The notes: a model not told the origin generated them from the sequence alone. Shown: positions 29,092 through 43,616, numbered from the stretch's first letter. The stretch is 64,000 nt of DNA from Lingula anatina (GCA_051362555.1 CM120646.1:2294001-2358000); one strand, 5' to 3'. A program made the numbers and translations.

Positions 29092-29854
29092 GCATGTGTG
29101 TGTGAGAAAGAGAGAGAAATTTATGATTTCTATATACATGTTCTATCACCAAATAAGGTAGCTTTCCAGGGTAAATATTGCATATTGTTGGAGTGAAAAT
29201 TACCGGTTTAATTTAGTTTAATGTGTGAAATACTACATGCTGCTCGAATTATGTATCTAACAACACTTAATTGATTGTACAATTAACGAATGAGCCCACG
29301 TTTGTAAAAAGGTCACAGATAATTATTTTCTACAGTACCCTCTGGATTGGATGATGTACTTGAAGCGTCTGTGCGTGGAGTCAAAAAGTCTTTAGACTTC
29401 AATTGAAGGATTGAAATTATTTCTTCATATTTCACTTCATTCGTTTCAATTCAACAGTCGCGTCACATAAATTGCGAAAAGCAAATTTGCATAATCATTC
29501 TGTTTGAAAAGACACAGGTGAGCACGTTGACAATTATATTCCTATATCCATAAAGAGCCGTAGCCGATAAAAACAGCCCGTATTCACAAACATGTGTCTT
29601 GTGTAAAACATACGGCGTAAAACAAAAATAGACACATATAGAGAGAAAAACACATATAAAAACAAATAAAATTATACAATATATTCTTACTACATCCAGC
29701 ACAAAACAAATTACAGATTAATGCTACGTCTAGACAGCTACTTGAATTGCGCAACAGCCCCCCACCCTCAGCGATTTCATTCACTGTTTTCCTGATGGCT
29801 GAAATCCTCATCTTTCATTTTCAGCTTGTTTGCCAATAAACTGGTGGTGGTGGT

Positions 29855-29887
<33 letters not shown>

Positions 29888-30209
29888 CTGTGTATGTGTG
29901 TGTGTGTGAGTGTGTGTGTGACTGTGTATGTGTGTGTGTGTGAGTGTGTGTGTGTGACTGTGTATGTGTGTGTGTGTGAGTGTGTGTGTGACTGTGTATG
30001 TGTGTGTGTGTGAGTGTGTGTGTGTGACTGTGTATGTGTGTGTGTGTGAGTGTGTGTGTGACTGTGTATGTGTGTGTGTGTGAGTGTGTGTGTGTGACTG
30101 TGTATGTGTGTGTGTGAGTGTGTGTGTGACTGTGTATGTGTGTGTGTGTGTGAGTGTGTGTGTGACTGTGTATGTGTGTGTGTGTGAGTGTGTATGTGTG
30201 TATGTGTGT

Positions 30210-30240
<31 letters not shown>

Positions 30241-32250
30241 ACTGTGTATGTGTGTGTGTGACTGTGTATGTGTGTGTGAGTGTGTGTGTGTGTGAGTGTG
30301 TGTGACTGTGTATGTGTGTGTGTGAGTGTGTGTGACTGTGTATGTGTGTGTGTGAGTGTGTGTGAGGGTCGTTGCATGGTACCACACAACTTCTGAGACC
30401 AATATATTCTATATTTATTCTTTACAGTCATACAGTCACACTTTTCAGTTATTAAAAAATTCCAAGATGGTGGCATATTCAAGTTGTATTCCATCTTTTG
30501 CTGAATTTGAGTGATTCCAATAAATTTCATCACTTGAATTACAATTGATTTATCAAGAAATGGGAATATGGGAAGTGCTTTGCTGTAAAAGAGTGGAACG
30601 AGGTCTTTACGTTCTTCCTACAGAGTATATTACTGATGCATCCTTTTACTTAGATGCAAAGTCCTGAAATCCAAGATGGTTGCTAGAAAACTTTTACATA
30701 CTGGTGTTCCAGCTAGAAATACCTTGTATACCACATTCTAGTAAAATATATTCGTTGTTACTTTTGGTGTACTGCAGGGAGAAATATAAAGTAGATACTT
30801 CATTTAAATCTTGTGCATAACACCAACTTCCATATTCCACACGGATATTAAAAAAAACTTATAACCTAAGCTATCAGAAAAAAACAGTGATTTTACCCAG
30901 TTTTTGACAAGGAGGATAAGTGTATTAATTTGTTCGTTTGAAATATAATAATGACCACATGTGCTATGCAGTGTATGAGATTACGCAGGTGGCCATGCAT
31001 ATACAGATTATATTCAACGGCTCTTTCTTCTTTTACTTCTAGTTTTCCGTGTACATAATATGACCAGACCACATCGACAAGGTACGTACAGGCATCATTG
31101 ACCGATAAAGGACACTATACTATATCTTTTAACCTCTGTTTCAGTGCCCAAGTTTCCGAAAAAGATCCTGTTGTAATGTGAATGCAGTTGCAAATCTCCT
31201 GGAGAATCATGTTTGGAATGGGATAATCAATTACGTGCACTGCCCTCAGAAACCACGTCTTTCCCCAGAGTGTGAGAGACTAACATTTGAACAGTCTTGT
31301 TTCTATGCCTGCTCACCTAACCTGGGGCCTTGGATGGATAGATTTCTCGTATGTATTAACCTCTCTCTCTCCACTCTCTCTCTCCGCTCTCTCTCTCTCT
31401 CTCTCTTTCTCATATCAACAATTTTAACATTTTTTTTAGCATTATGATGTCATTGATAACTTGCCTCTATGCGCCAGTCAGTGTAAAAAGTGGTGGGACG
31501 CCTGTAAAGAGGAATACACTTGTCACAGGAACTGGATCGCGGAAATGGACTGGAGCGTAGAAGGTGAGTGACATCATCTGTAGAAAGAGTGGTTGGGTGG
31601 GAGTATGCATGTAGCACTCCATGGTAGCAATTTAGTTTTACTTGATGGTTAGCCATAAATTGGCAAATTCGATCTGAAAATTTAATTTTGTCAACTTTTC
31701 CCTAAATACTTTTTCTGTTTCATTTGTTAGATTTTTTAATTTCAGTGCATTAAATAACATCAATTTTTTATCCTTTATGCCAATTTGGAATTGTCTTTTA
31801 TTTGTTGTTTTACTCCTTAATTAATTGTATTTGCCAGAGAATATTCTTCCATATTGTCATATTTTGGAAGTGAAACCATCTACCTTTTTCAATGCTTTGA
31901 ATTTTAAATTTTGGTGTACATGAACATGTTCTCTGCAGAATCAGGCTTAAATAGATATATACGGTTTATGTGATGATGTGTCATTTACTCAACTTTATTA
32001 CTTGAATTTTCATAACCTGAAAATCTCAACAAAATATATCCTAGGGTTGAACACCTGCAAAGAGGGCTCGGTATGTAGAAAATACACAGAGTTTTACAAT
32101 TCATCCACCGAATTCTGCAGCACTTTTTCCAATGGCGGCTACAAGGTGGTGCCAGACTCGGAACCCTGCATGGTGTTCACTTTTGACACCTCGAAACCCA
32201 ATCCAAATACAGTCGTGGCCCTTGAAGCAGCGACGAAATTGGTGTCATAG
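28889..32250 (+). CDS. Folate receptor / riboflavin-binding protein-like, copy A4 (secreted, 230 aa)
   Basis: Exons 28889-29047, 31145-31348, 31440-31563, 32045-32250. A TAG where paralogs have CAG trims about 6 C-terminal residues after the last Cys. Confidence 0.9.
29843..30365. repeat. Compound (GT)n-derived minisatellite, ~32-34-bp unit, in A4 intron 1
   Basis: Repeating GTGACTGTGTATGTGTGTGTGTGTGAGTGTGTGT; source of the spurious HT-repeat ORFs. Confidence 0.95.
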
Positions 32251-33193
32251 AAGACAGGGGTCCACTGGGGCTAAAATTCATTCCCCAAACCCACAAGGAT
32301 GACCAGGCCTAGATGTTTTGTGAACGCTCAAATTCAAATAGATGAAAATGACCAGATGATTTTACTTTCTTTCAAGGGAATGCTCTAATTCTGTAATGTA
32401 AACAAAATAGTTCTTGTTTTAATGGTTGATCATACTGATTTCATGATTGGTTGCAAAACACACACTTAACTGGACGACTGTTGATGAAGGGCTATTTGAT
32501 AGATCTCTGTCTCTGATCTTGGTCTCTGAAATAAAGCAAATTTGCTTTCAAGAAGTAAATAAATGATGCGCTTCAGATCCGCTGGTTCGGGTTTCTTCTT
32601 CATAAAATAAAAAAGCCTTCGACAATATGTTATCTGTAGCAATTATAGATTACAGGCATGCACTGGAAATTCTTGTGCATACAAAAATATGTCGCAATTT
32701 ACTGCTCTATTCTTACTCTGCTCTTTGCCGTCAGGTTTTATTTGAACCATCAAGTGCAACCCAATGGACATTCCCGCTGTTGCTGCCGTCATTACAAGTT
32801 ATCAACAACAAAAAATTGAAGTCGAACCTTAACTTGTTTACGCACAATGCAAAATAGTGTGATGTAGTGCACTGTAGTGGTGAAACTTAAAGTAAAAAGA
32901 AAGATACTTTTATAATGATTATTAATACCAAACTCTGAAATATAATTTCATACAGAGAGACAAAAATAATGATAGTGAGAGACGTATATGAAGACAACGA
33001 CAATGCAAAAAAGCCCTATAAATACAGACCTAAGTATCGTGGATTTAGTTTAGTTTAATTGTTTCATAATAGCTTACACAATATTTGGCAACTTAAATTT
33101 TAACAGCAGCATATGACGTCCAGGTGATAACGGGATTGCCTAAAACAATACCAAGTTATCCAAAAAATCATTTTGTGCATGCAAATACCTATA

Positions 33194-34848
33194 CAACATT
33201 GGTCAAAAATGTTGTCCCACCCCCATTTCTATGTACTTCTATTTACAAATGATCACCTCACAGATATGTATTGTTATAAACGGTGTTTTTTATTCCAGAT
33301 ACCATTTCTAACATGATAAATGGTTCAGAAAATAAATAATAGTGGCGAAAATATGCATATTTTATACCATTTAGTCAAATTTATAACAGGTACCCCCTCA
33401 AATCCAATGTTTCACTGTGATTTCCACAGATGAAAAGAAAGGTCTATTAATTTAAAAAGATGCCATCAAATGTCTCCAAATTTACACACAATTAGCATAA
33501 GGGTATGCCCGTTAAAGGTCACGTGCCTAATAGCGTGAGTGTCTATCGCCTACTGCAATTATCTCCTGTAGGCGGCGCGACAAGTCTTCAACAAGGGTTA
33601 TACTTCTGTTTTGTGGGATATTGTCTTATTCATCCTAAAGAGAGTGGCGGAATTAGTCCAGATTATTTGGGAATTGGTTCTCCTCTGCAATGCACATTCC
33701 AATTAATGCCACAGGTGCTCAGTAGGATTAATATTAGGGCTCAAAGACGGTTGTCCCTCCCTCAGAGCCCTGCGTTTCTGCAACAAATCGCTTGCCAGAC
33801 GAGAACTGTGAGTAAGTGCGTTGTCACAATGAAGCCGGTAGCATCCCTGAAGTCACCTAAATGGAGTGAGCTATCTGTTAAGAATGTCATAGTAAAATGT
33901 CCCAGTTACGTTTTGTTCCTAAAGGAATAATGTACTAATACCATGGCTTAGAATGTTCTCCGAATACGGACTGATCTAACACCTCAGGCGATATTATCCT
34001 GCACACACCCTTCCAAGAGGCATTTTTCAACATATCTATGGGCCATCATTTGACCATTGATGGGATACAAGAAATAACTTGATTATGCATCAAAACCGAC
34101 TTCCGTTCAGTGATGGATGGCCAGGTTCAGGTGCCTGTGGGATCAATGAACGTATCATTTTCAGCTGATATCTCACCCCATCTTCAAGAACTGACTTTGG
34201 GTTAACTCCAGGCTCCATCATGACAGCACACCTGCTCACACCTCTCGCCTGGCAAGTGATTTGTTGTAGAAATGCTCTAAGGATGGAACCACCATCTTTG
34301 AGCCCTGATATTAACCTTACTAATCAACTGTGGCATTAATTGGAGTGTGCAATGCAGAAGAGAACCAATCCCATAAAAACGTGGACCAACTCCCCCAAGC
34401 TGTTAAAGAAAAATGGGGCAATATCCCACAAAACAGAATTGTTACCCGTGTTGAAGGCTTGTCGCGCCGTCTACAGGAGATAATTGCAGTACGCGGTAGC
34501 CGCACACGCTATTAGGCACGTGACCTTTAACAAGTATACCCTAATGCTAATTGTATGTAAATTTGGTGACATTTGATGGCCTCTTTTCAATTTGATAGAC
34601 CTTTCTTTACGTCTGTAGAAATCACAGTGAAACATAGGATTTGAGGGGGTACCTGTTATAAATTTGACTAAATGGTATAAAATGTGCATATTTTCATATC
34701 TGTTTTGTATTTTTTGGACTATTTATCATGTTAGACAAGGTATCTAGAATAAAAAGCACTATTTCTAACAATTGACAGCTGTGAGGTGATCATTTGTTAA
34801 TAAAAGTACATGGAAATAAGGTTGGGACAACCTTTTTGACCAATGTTG
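33194..34848. mobile_element. Tc1/mariner-derived fold-back element with decayed transposase C-terminus
   Basis: Termini CAACATTGGTCAAAAA...TTTTTGACCAATGTTG with flanking TA. Translation near 34290-34515 resembles a Tc1 C-terminus (SPDIN..W...RRLQEIIAVRGSRTRY). Empty site is visible in the A1 flank near 5320-5360. Confidence 0.85.
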
Positions 34849-35713
34849 TATAAAGGGGCGTGGCTTTATCAATCAGTTCTATGTATATAACTTGTCTTAT
34901 TTCACAGCGTAAATGTGAAGAATATTTACTAGTAACATCCATATTGATATAGATAAACAACAAAGTGTTATGTGTTATTCGAAAGAAAAAATATTAAAAA
35001 GTTCCATATAGCTACTTAATTGCAAACTGAAGAGAATCACCTGGTCGTGTGTTCGTCAAGAGCAAAAAAGTTTTATAACCTTTACCAGTACTATTTAAAT
35101 ATTCATTAACTAACGATAGCGACATAACGTTAGATGAGACTGACTGATGTCGGCAACAATATCAATCTGGGAACACAGATTGCTCGTTTGTTACAAATTT
35201 ATTCCGCATTCTTGCATAATGAACTCCATGTACCGAACATGATACACGGTATATGACTGCATTGTGCATTGTGTTTGTCAGCAACAGATAAAATATATCA
35301 AGCAGTTGAATTTCTTTTTTTGCAGTTGTCGAGTCGTTTGTTTCAATTCCTAATCCTACCTAAGTATAACTGTCACAGTGACATTCAGAACGATAGATGT
35401 CATTAATTAAATGCCTCTAAACCAGCCAGAGTTATATTATGTTCATGATTTCACCGGAAAAGAAAAACATCAGCATATCTTGTGCTTCTTCTTCCAGTAC
35501 ATATGTAAAGAAGATTATTAATAACTTTAGGGTGAAAACAGTCTTTGTGTTTGATTGAAACTCGGTGTTAATGTCACCAGATTCCGCATGCCCCCGCCAT
35601 TAATTTACATCCTGTTACTTGATATTGTCACGTATGATTCACATGTGACATCACCGCTTATAATAATACACCCCAAACTATGATTCAGCTATTTGTTCAA
35701 CACGTAAGCGATC

Positions 35714-35889
35714 ATGGCAACAATTCTGATTCTCTGTCTCGTATGCCTGAAAATTGGAGTCGCGGTACATCAAAACAAAACTAACAGTCTAGGCTATTAC
35801 TTGAACAAGTGCGTAACCTTGCCAGTTGAAGGGGCCAGTAAGACGAGACCGTCCCCCGAACCCGGACTGGAGGTGAGTGTGTGTGTGTA

Positions 35890-35946
<57 letters not shown>

Positions 35947-38592
35947 CTAAAATGAACGATATATATATATATAGTTTGTTTTCCTTTGTAAATATAGCAT
36001 ATTGCTGGAGTGAAATTCACCGGTTTGATTTAGTTTTATCATATGTAAGTAGCAAGTTTTTTTCTGTGAGAGATGGCACCACTGCAGGCTGTTTGAATTA
36101 TGTACATTAGTTATAACATTAGTTTGATAATATGGAAGCATTTAAAATTTAACTGCATACGTTTTCACACATAACGCGAAAGGAAACCATAGTATATACG
36201 ATGCTTCGCTGTACATGCCTTTGCCCATGTCTTTGGAAACGTAGGCTTTGAATTTGTTTGAAGAGGTTTAAAGAGTCAAAAGAAAGGGTCACCCTCAATG
36301 CAATGCTAATAATGATACAGAAAATATGTCATTTACCAATAGTTTTTATTCAACTTTAAAAGGATTTTTTCCACAAAATTTTGCCTATTGTCCAAACAAT
36401 GAACGAACTAAAAAGGTCACAGAAAATCTTTTCTACAGTATCCTCTGGACTGGATAATGGACCTGACCCGTCTACGACTGCAAGCAAAACTTCATATTTC
36501 ATTTCGTTCTTTTTTTGCGTAACAGTCGCGTCGCATTAATATCGAATAGTAGAATTTCATAATCATTCTGTTTGCAAAGATGCAGGTAAGCACGTTGACT
36601 ATAAAAGCCGATAAAAAGCATAGACAAACATTTGCCATCTATCAACCATAGGGTGTAAAATAAACACATAAAAACACAGGCAAAACATATGTAATTATAC
36701 AGTTTGTTTTTATTCCATCCAGCACAAAACTAATGTTAGTTTAATGCTATGTCTAGTCAGCCTCCACTTAAACTGCAGGAAACCAAACATAGTTATCAAA
36801 AGGGAATCAAACTGCAACCAAACACTCAAACACATACAAACACACACAAACACAATCATAAACACAATCAGACACACATATTCACACTCTCAAACACGCA
36901 CCTTTGGTTCATGCGTTGGGTTTGTTGGATATAGGGGGGGGGGCAGGTCGTTTTACCTTATTTATTAACACGTAAATCAGATTGAATTGCGCAACAGCCC
37001 CCCTCTCGGCGATTTTCATTTACTATGATTGCTGATAGCTTAAGTCCTCAGCTTTTATTTTCTGCTTGTTTGCCATTAATCTGTTGTAGGTACGACTGTT
37101 AGAGTCGTTGTCATGGTGACACATCGTTTCCGAGACCAAAAAACTTAAATATTGTAAATGCAAGTGTAGCTTTTAATAATTTTTAATAATTTCAAATGTA
37201 CAGTCTAAGAACTAGTACTGCACTATACTTTACAGTCATCAGAAATTTCCAAGATGGTAACCAATTCAAGATGGGGTCCTTTTTTTTGCTGACATTGAAT
37301 TATTTCAATAAATTTCAACACTTGGATTTCAAAAAAATAAGAAATAGGAATAAGAAAAATACTTTGATGTAAAGAGTAGAACGGAGTATCAGATGCAGCC
37401 TTTTATTTAGATACAAAGTCCTGATATACTCCGACCAGTACACATGAACAATGTGCAGCTATCATTGGCCAGTACAGGGGAATTAACCATGTCCTTTAAC
37501 CTCTGTTTTAGTGCCCAAGTTTCCGAAAAAGATCCTGCTGTTATGTGAATGCAGTTGCAAATATCTTGGAGAACCATGTGTGGAATGAGATGATCACTTA
37601 CATGCACTGTCCTCAGAAACCACGCCTTTCCCCGGAGTGTGAGAGACTAACCTTTGAGCAGTCTTGCTTCTATGCCTGCTCACCAAATCTGGGACCATGG
37701 ATCTATAGATATCTCGTATGTATTAACCTTTGTTGAACTGTCCCTTTACTGACTCTCTCTCTCTCTCTAGCCCCATCAACAAATATTTTATAATTTTTTC
37801 AGCATTTTGATGCCCTCGATAATGCGCCTCTTTGTGCCAGTCAGTGTAACAAGTGGTGGGACGCCTGTAAAGAGGAATATACTTGTCACAGGAACTGGAT
37901 TACTGACATGGACTGGAACGGTGAGTGACGTCATCCGGAAAAAGGTGGGGTAGCATCGGTAACAATTTACTGCTACTTGGGCATATGACTGGCCGTTTTT
38001 TGATACTTCGATCTAGAAAAATTCATTTTGTTAACACTCCCTCACAACATTTTGCTTCATTTGTAATATTTTTATTAAGTGCATTGAACTAAATACAGAA
38101 ATGTGAAATCGTCGTGGTGTTTTGTCGTTATCCTAAAATTGTTATATATGCTAAAGTGCCATTCCAATTTTTAACGTCTTTATTTTATAATTAAAAAAAA
38201 TATTAAACCGTTATTTTATTAATATTTCGTGTTATTTTTTTGTGTGTATAATCGGGTGTAATTCTACTTATATGATACGGTGTCATCTACATGTACTCAA
38301 TTTTATTGCTATGTTTTGAAATTCTTAACTTCATAATTGGAAAATCTAAAAAACAATTCCAGGGTTGAACACCTGCAAAGAGGGCTCGGTGTGTAGGAAG
38401 TACACAGAGTTTTATAATTCATCCACCGACTTCTGCAGCACTGTTTTCAATGGCGCCTACAAGGTGGTGCCAGACTCGGAACCCTGCATGGTGTTCACCT
38501 TCGACACCTCGAAACCCAACCCGAATACAGCCGTGGCCCTTGAAGCTGCGAAGAAATTGGTTTCACAGGAGGCCAATGGCAAGGTCAACTGA
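35714..38592 (+). CDS. Folate receptor / riboflavin-binding protein-like, copy A5 (secreted, 236 aa)
   Basis: Exons 35714-35872, 37512-37715, 37803-37920 (2 codons shorter than paralogs, DWNG), 38363-38592; in frame. Confidence 0.92.
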
Positions 38593-40594
38593 GGCCGGAG
38601 ATCCTCCCACAGACCGACCCAGTATCCCTTTGCTTGTTCACGTAGTATGCAAAATAATGTAATGAAGTGCAGAGTAGTGTTGAAATTGAAAGAAACAAGG
38701 CAGAAAAGCTGTTAAATTTATAGACATAAAAAAATGCAGAAAATAGGTCATTTTGTCAATTTTGATGCAATGATAAATAATGCTTATTATAGTGCAGTCA
38801 ATCAAGACTGGATTTAAATCATGCACAACAGGTAACATGGTCAATAACAGGAGCGGATCCAGAGATATTTTCTGATAGTATTTCAAATTATTTTTTGTCA
38901 ATTTTGATGCGAAATAACACAATGATTAACTGTGAAAATAATACCTGTTACTTCACAGCAAGAACTTTCTAAATTTGATTTTGAATGGTCAATGTCCGCC
39001 TAGTATATTCATGCAATTTTGTAGCTGAAATCATGTGAAGATGGAGATATATGCAACTAAAGATGGTAGTGCCGAATTCGGACATTGGGGGAGGGAGTGT
39101 TATAATTAAGCCTGGCTTGTCTATGCAGGATCAAACCTGAATTCTACATATAACAATTGATTGCTTGATTGCTTTTGATGTTTGTAAGTTTTAGTATTTT
39201 TAGTTTTCACTACATTTATTCTATTTACACAAAATATAGCACTATTTTACCGAGGTGAAAATTGAGTCTCAAAGAGACTACATAAGCCATGAGCCATCAC
39301 TGTCTTTAGACAAAATATTTTGGGGATTCCTTTCTAACTCATGGATAACTTCCCAATGTGGATCCATACAACAAATTTGGTTGAAATCCACCGATCCCCA
39401 TCTTGCCACCCCGGGCTGGTTTTCTCGTGGACAAGCACTTAAAAACACCTGACATTAAGAAAATTTGATTACCATTGGGTTTCATGTCCATGGGAGTTCT
39501 AAGTCCCATATTGAAAATGCCAATATGTGAAAGATAAAAATTTCCCAAAAATGTACAACTGAAAAAAAGCCAAATGCACCGTTTTTGCAACGCAGACAGC
39601 ATTTTAGTCCTATGTTTCTTTCCTGTAAGTTTAAGAAGAGTAAGTAACATGTTTTTTCTTTAATGGTCATTGTAACGGCGGTGCCCAAAGTAGGGTTACA
39701 TTCAATTTTGATGCAATATGAAATAATGCTTAACAGCAAAATTACCTTCAAAATTTTAATAATGAAATAAAAGTATCATTTATATTAAGAAAACATGACT
39801 TGCAAAGGTCTTCAAACCAATGGAAGTTCAGTCACAGCTTGAAAATGACAATATGCAAAAAAGTAAAATTTCACAAAAAAGCTACATGTATAATTTCCAA
39901 AAAAATTATCCAATAAAACAGAATTTCCAGCTAAAGCTGCATTTTAGTCCCCGGCAACTTTTCTCTTAGAGTGAAAAAAGTAAGTGACGTGGTTTTCCTT
40001 GAATGGTCACTATAGAGGCAGTACCCAAATTAGGGGTTTTCTTCAATTTTCCTGCCATTTTTTGGGAAACATTAAACAATGTCTTATGGAATTTCTCTAA
40101 GTTATACTACATGTATTTGAAACTATATACTGGTATTTGTTCGGCTTTTGTGGCAAAAATGACTTCATATGTATTTTTTAAGTTTTTGTACAGACCGGTT
40201 TAATTGTCTCTTTTCTTAATCCCACTGAAGTATTACTGTCATATATTTCTGATATATATATGTCATTTACTGAATGTCATTTTATCCTGTACTTCTACAT
40301 GTATATATTATATGAAAAAAGACAACAGCAAACTTTGCTACTTTTGATCTACTAAATTATAACGATTAGATAATAATAGACTGTAGTATAAAAACACTCG
40401 AGACACTGGTGTTTGATTTAAGCTTGTCGGGTAATTATGTCACCAAGTTCCGCTGTGCCCTTTCCTTTGGCTTAGTCATTAGTTTCCAGCCTGTTACTTA
40501 ATATTGCCACGTATGATTCATATGTGACATCACCGCTTATATAAATACACCCCAAAGTATAATTACCAGGTATTTGTTCAGCACGTAAGCAATC

Positions 40595-43500
40595 ATGGCA
40601 ACAATTCTGATTTTCTGTCTCGTGCTATTGAACATTGGAGTCGTGGCACCGCAAGACGAGACTGGTGATTTAGACTATTACTTAAACAAGTGCGTAACCT
40701 TGCCAGTTGAAGGGGCCAGTAAGACGACACCGTCCGCCGAACCTGATCTAGAGGTGAGAGAGACGCAGAAAGAGAGAAAGAGAGTTTTATGATTTCGGTC
40801 TTTCCTGGGTAAATATAACATAATGTTGGAGGTTGGAGTGACAAATATCAATATAGTTTAATCATGTGTGAAACACAGAAGAATAAGAATTAAATCGATG
40901 TCGTGAAATACAACATTTGGCAAGATTTCTTTGTGAGAGACGACACAAATGCCTGTACTTTGTGCATGACAGTGGGATATTAATAATATGGGAGCATTTA
41001 AAATAAAATTGCATAGGTTTTTTTTTCATGTAACAATATAACACGATAGGAAGCCCAAGCGTACAGTGTTACACTGTGCATGCCTTGTCATCAGAAAGAC
41101 GTGTTTAGAAATTAGGCCTTAAATTTGTATGAAGAGGATTTAAAGCGTAAAATATACCCTTCTAGGAAAAGAAAGTGTTACCCTTAATGCAATGTGCAAA
41201 ACTCCTAAAAGGATTTTGTAACAAAAGTTAATTGATTGTACAACCAATGAATGAACTAACGATAGTAAAAAAGACACAAGGTCGCATTTAAGTATTTTGT
41301 TCAGTATTTACTACAGCCTGTCTGCGCGTGGAATTAGAAAGTTTTTTAGACTGCAATGATATCGTCATATTTTATTCTATTCTTTTGTGCGTAACAGTCG
41401 GGTGACATTAATCTAGAAAAGTAAAATTACGTAATTATTCTGTTTGCAAAGATGCAGGTAAGCAAGTTGGCAATAAAAGGCGATAGAAAGCTTCCCGCAT
41501 ACACAAACATTCGATGTTTGTCAACCACACGGTGTAAAACAAACAAAGACAAAAATATATGTAATTATACAATTTGTTTTATTCCATCCAGCACAAAACA
41601 AACTTCAATAAACAAAACAGCAATAAAAAGGGAACCAAACTGCATTAGTCCGTGATCAGTATTCTCTACTGTTCTGTGACTGCTATAGCTGGAACAGGGA
41701 GAAAGCAGTTATATTTCCACCGCTGTTTGTGTTATTAGAAGGAGGCGATTCAGAAACTTTTTAAGGGTTGAAATAGTGCGAAACTTCCCCCCCCCCACAC
41801 ACACACACAGACACATACATAATCACAGGCTCAAAGAAAAACACACACGCACACACTCACATACACACACACACACACACAGAGTCACGTTTGGTTAATA
41901 CGATGTTTCTTGTGGTGTGTGTAGAGAAGGTCGTTTCACTTCATTTACGAGCCAGCAAACGTAGATTGAATTGCGCAATAGCCCCCCCTCCCCCATCAGC
42001 TATTTTCATTCACTTTGTTTTTCTAATACCTATGGTTCTTAGTTTTTATTTTTCTGTTTTTTTACGATTTAATTGGTGGTGGATGTGAGTGTCACAGCCA
42101 TGGTGACAAACATCATTTTTAAAAGCAAGGAATCATTTAATATTTCAAACGCATTAAATAAAGGATTTGGAAATCATTTGAGATATGCAGTCTACGTACT
42201 GCGCTACAGTTTACAGTCCCCAAAAATGTCCATGGCATATGCAAGATAGAGGCCATTTTTTTGCTGATTTTGCATGTGCTATGCAGTGTATGAGACGAAG
42301 CAGGTGCCCATGTATATACAGAGTACATGCACACTTTCTTCTTTAATTTGTTAATTTTTCCTTGTATATATACTGACCAGCTCACATTGACAAGGTGTAG
42401 GATCATTGATCGATAAAGGGCACTATACCATGTACTTTAACCTCTGTTTCAGTGCCCAAGTTTCCGAAAAAGATCCTGCTGCAATGTGAATGCAGTTGCA
42501 AATTTCCTGGAGAACCATATTTGGAATGAGATGGTCACTTACTTGCACTGTCCTCAGAAACCACGTCTTTCCCCGGAGTGTGAGAGACTAACATTTGAAC
42601 AGATGTGCTTCTATGCCTGTTCACCAAACGTGGGACCATGGATCGACAGATATCTCGTATGTACTAACCTTTGATGAACTGCCTTTTTACTGACTCTCTC
42701 TCTCTCTTCACTGACTGTCTCTTTCTTATATCAACAAATATTTTATCATTTTTCCAGTATTTCGATGTCTACTATAACGTGCCTCTATGTGCCAGTCAAT
42801 GTAACAAGTGGTGGGACGCCTGTAAAGAGGAATACACTTGTCACAGGAACTGGCTGGCTGACATGGACTGGAGCCCCGAGGGTGAGTGACGTCATCCGGT
42901 TAAAGGGTGTTTGGGTGGGAGTATGCATGTAGCACCGGTAGCAATTTAGATCTACATGATGGTTGGCCATATAAAGTAGTCTGAAAAGTTAATTTCGTTA
43001 ATGCCTCCCTAAATACGTTTTTCTGATTCATTTGTCGGATTCTTTTTATTTTATTGTATTTAATAAAGTTAAATATTCATACACATGTGAAATTGCCATT
43101 AACCTGTTGCTGTTATTCTTTGACTATAGTATTTGCTAGAGTGCCATTCCAGTTTATAGTGTCTTTATTTCTTTATTTAGAAACAACGCTTCACGGAAGG
43201 TCAGCGCATTTTGTAAAAAATATTGTGAGCTTTAAAAACGTTCACTGTTGCCGCAGAATCAGGTGCATTTCTACATGTATTATACCTGGGGATATGTGCC
43301 ACTGTACGGTGTCATCTATATATATTTAATTTTATTGCATTCTTTTGAAATTCTTATCTTCATAATTTGAAAATATAAAAAAATATTCCTAGGTATGAAC
43401 ACTTGCAAAGAGGGCTCGGTATGTAGGAAATACACGGACGTTTACAATTCATCCACCGACTTTTGCAACACTATTTGGAATGGCGCCTACAAGGTGGTGC

Positions 43501-43616
43501 CAGACTCGGAACCCTGCATTGTGTTCACCTTCAACACCTCGAAACCCAACCCGAATGATGCCGTGGCCCTTGAAGCTGCGAAGAAATTGGTGTTACAGGA
43601 GGTAGAGGTCAACTGA
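40595..43616 (+). CDS. Folate receptor / riboflavin-binding protein-like, copy A6 (secreted, 236 aa)
   Basis: Exons 40595-40753, 42453-42656, 42758-42881, 43393-43616; in frame. Confidence 0.93.

Noticed and set aside
29777-30533. Long His/Thr-repeat ORFs (193-241 aa), and similar ones at 8869-9189
   Set aside because: Translations of (CA)n/(GT)n repeats; not genes.
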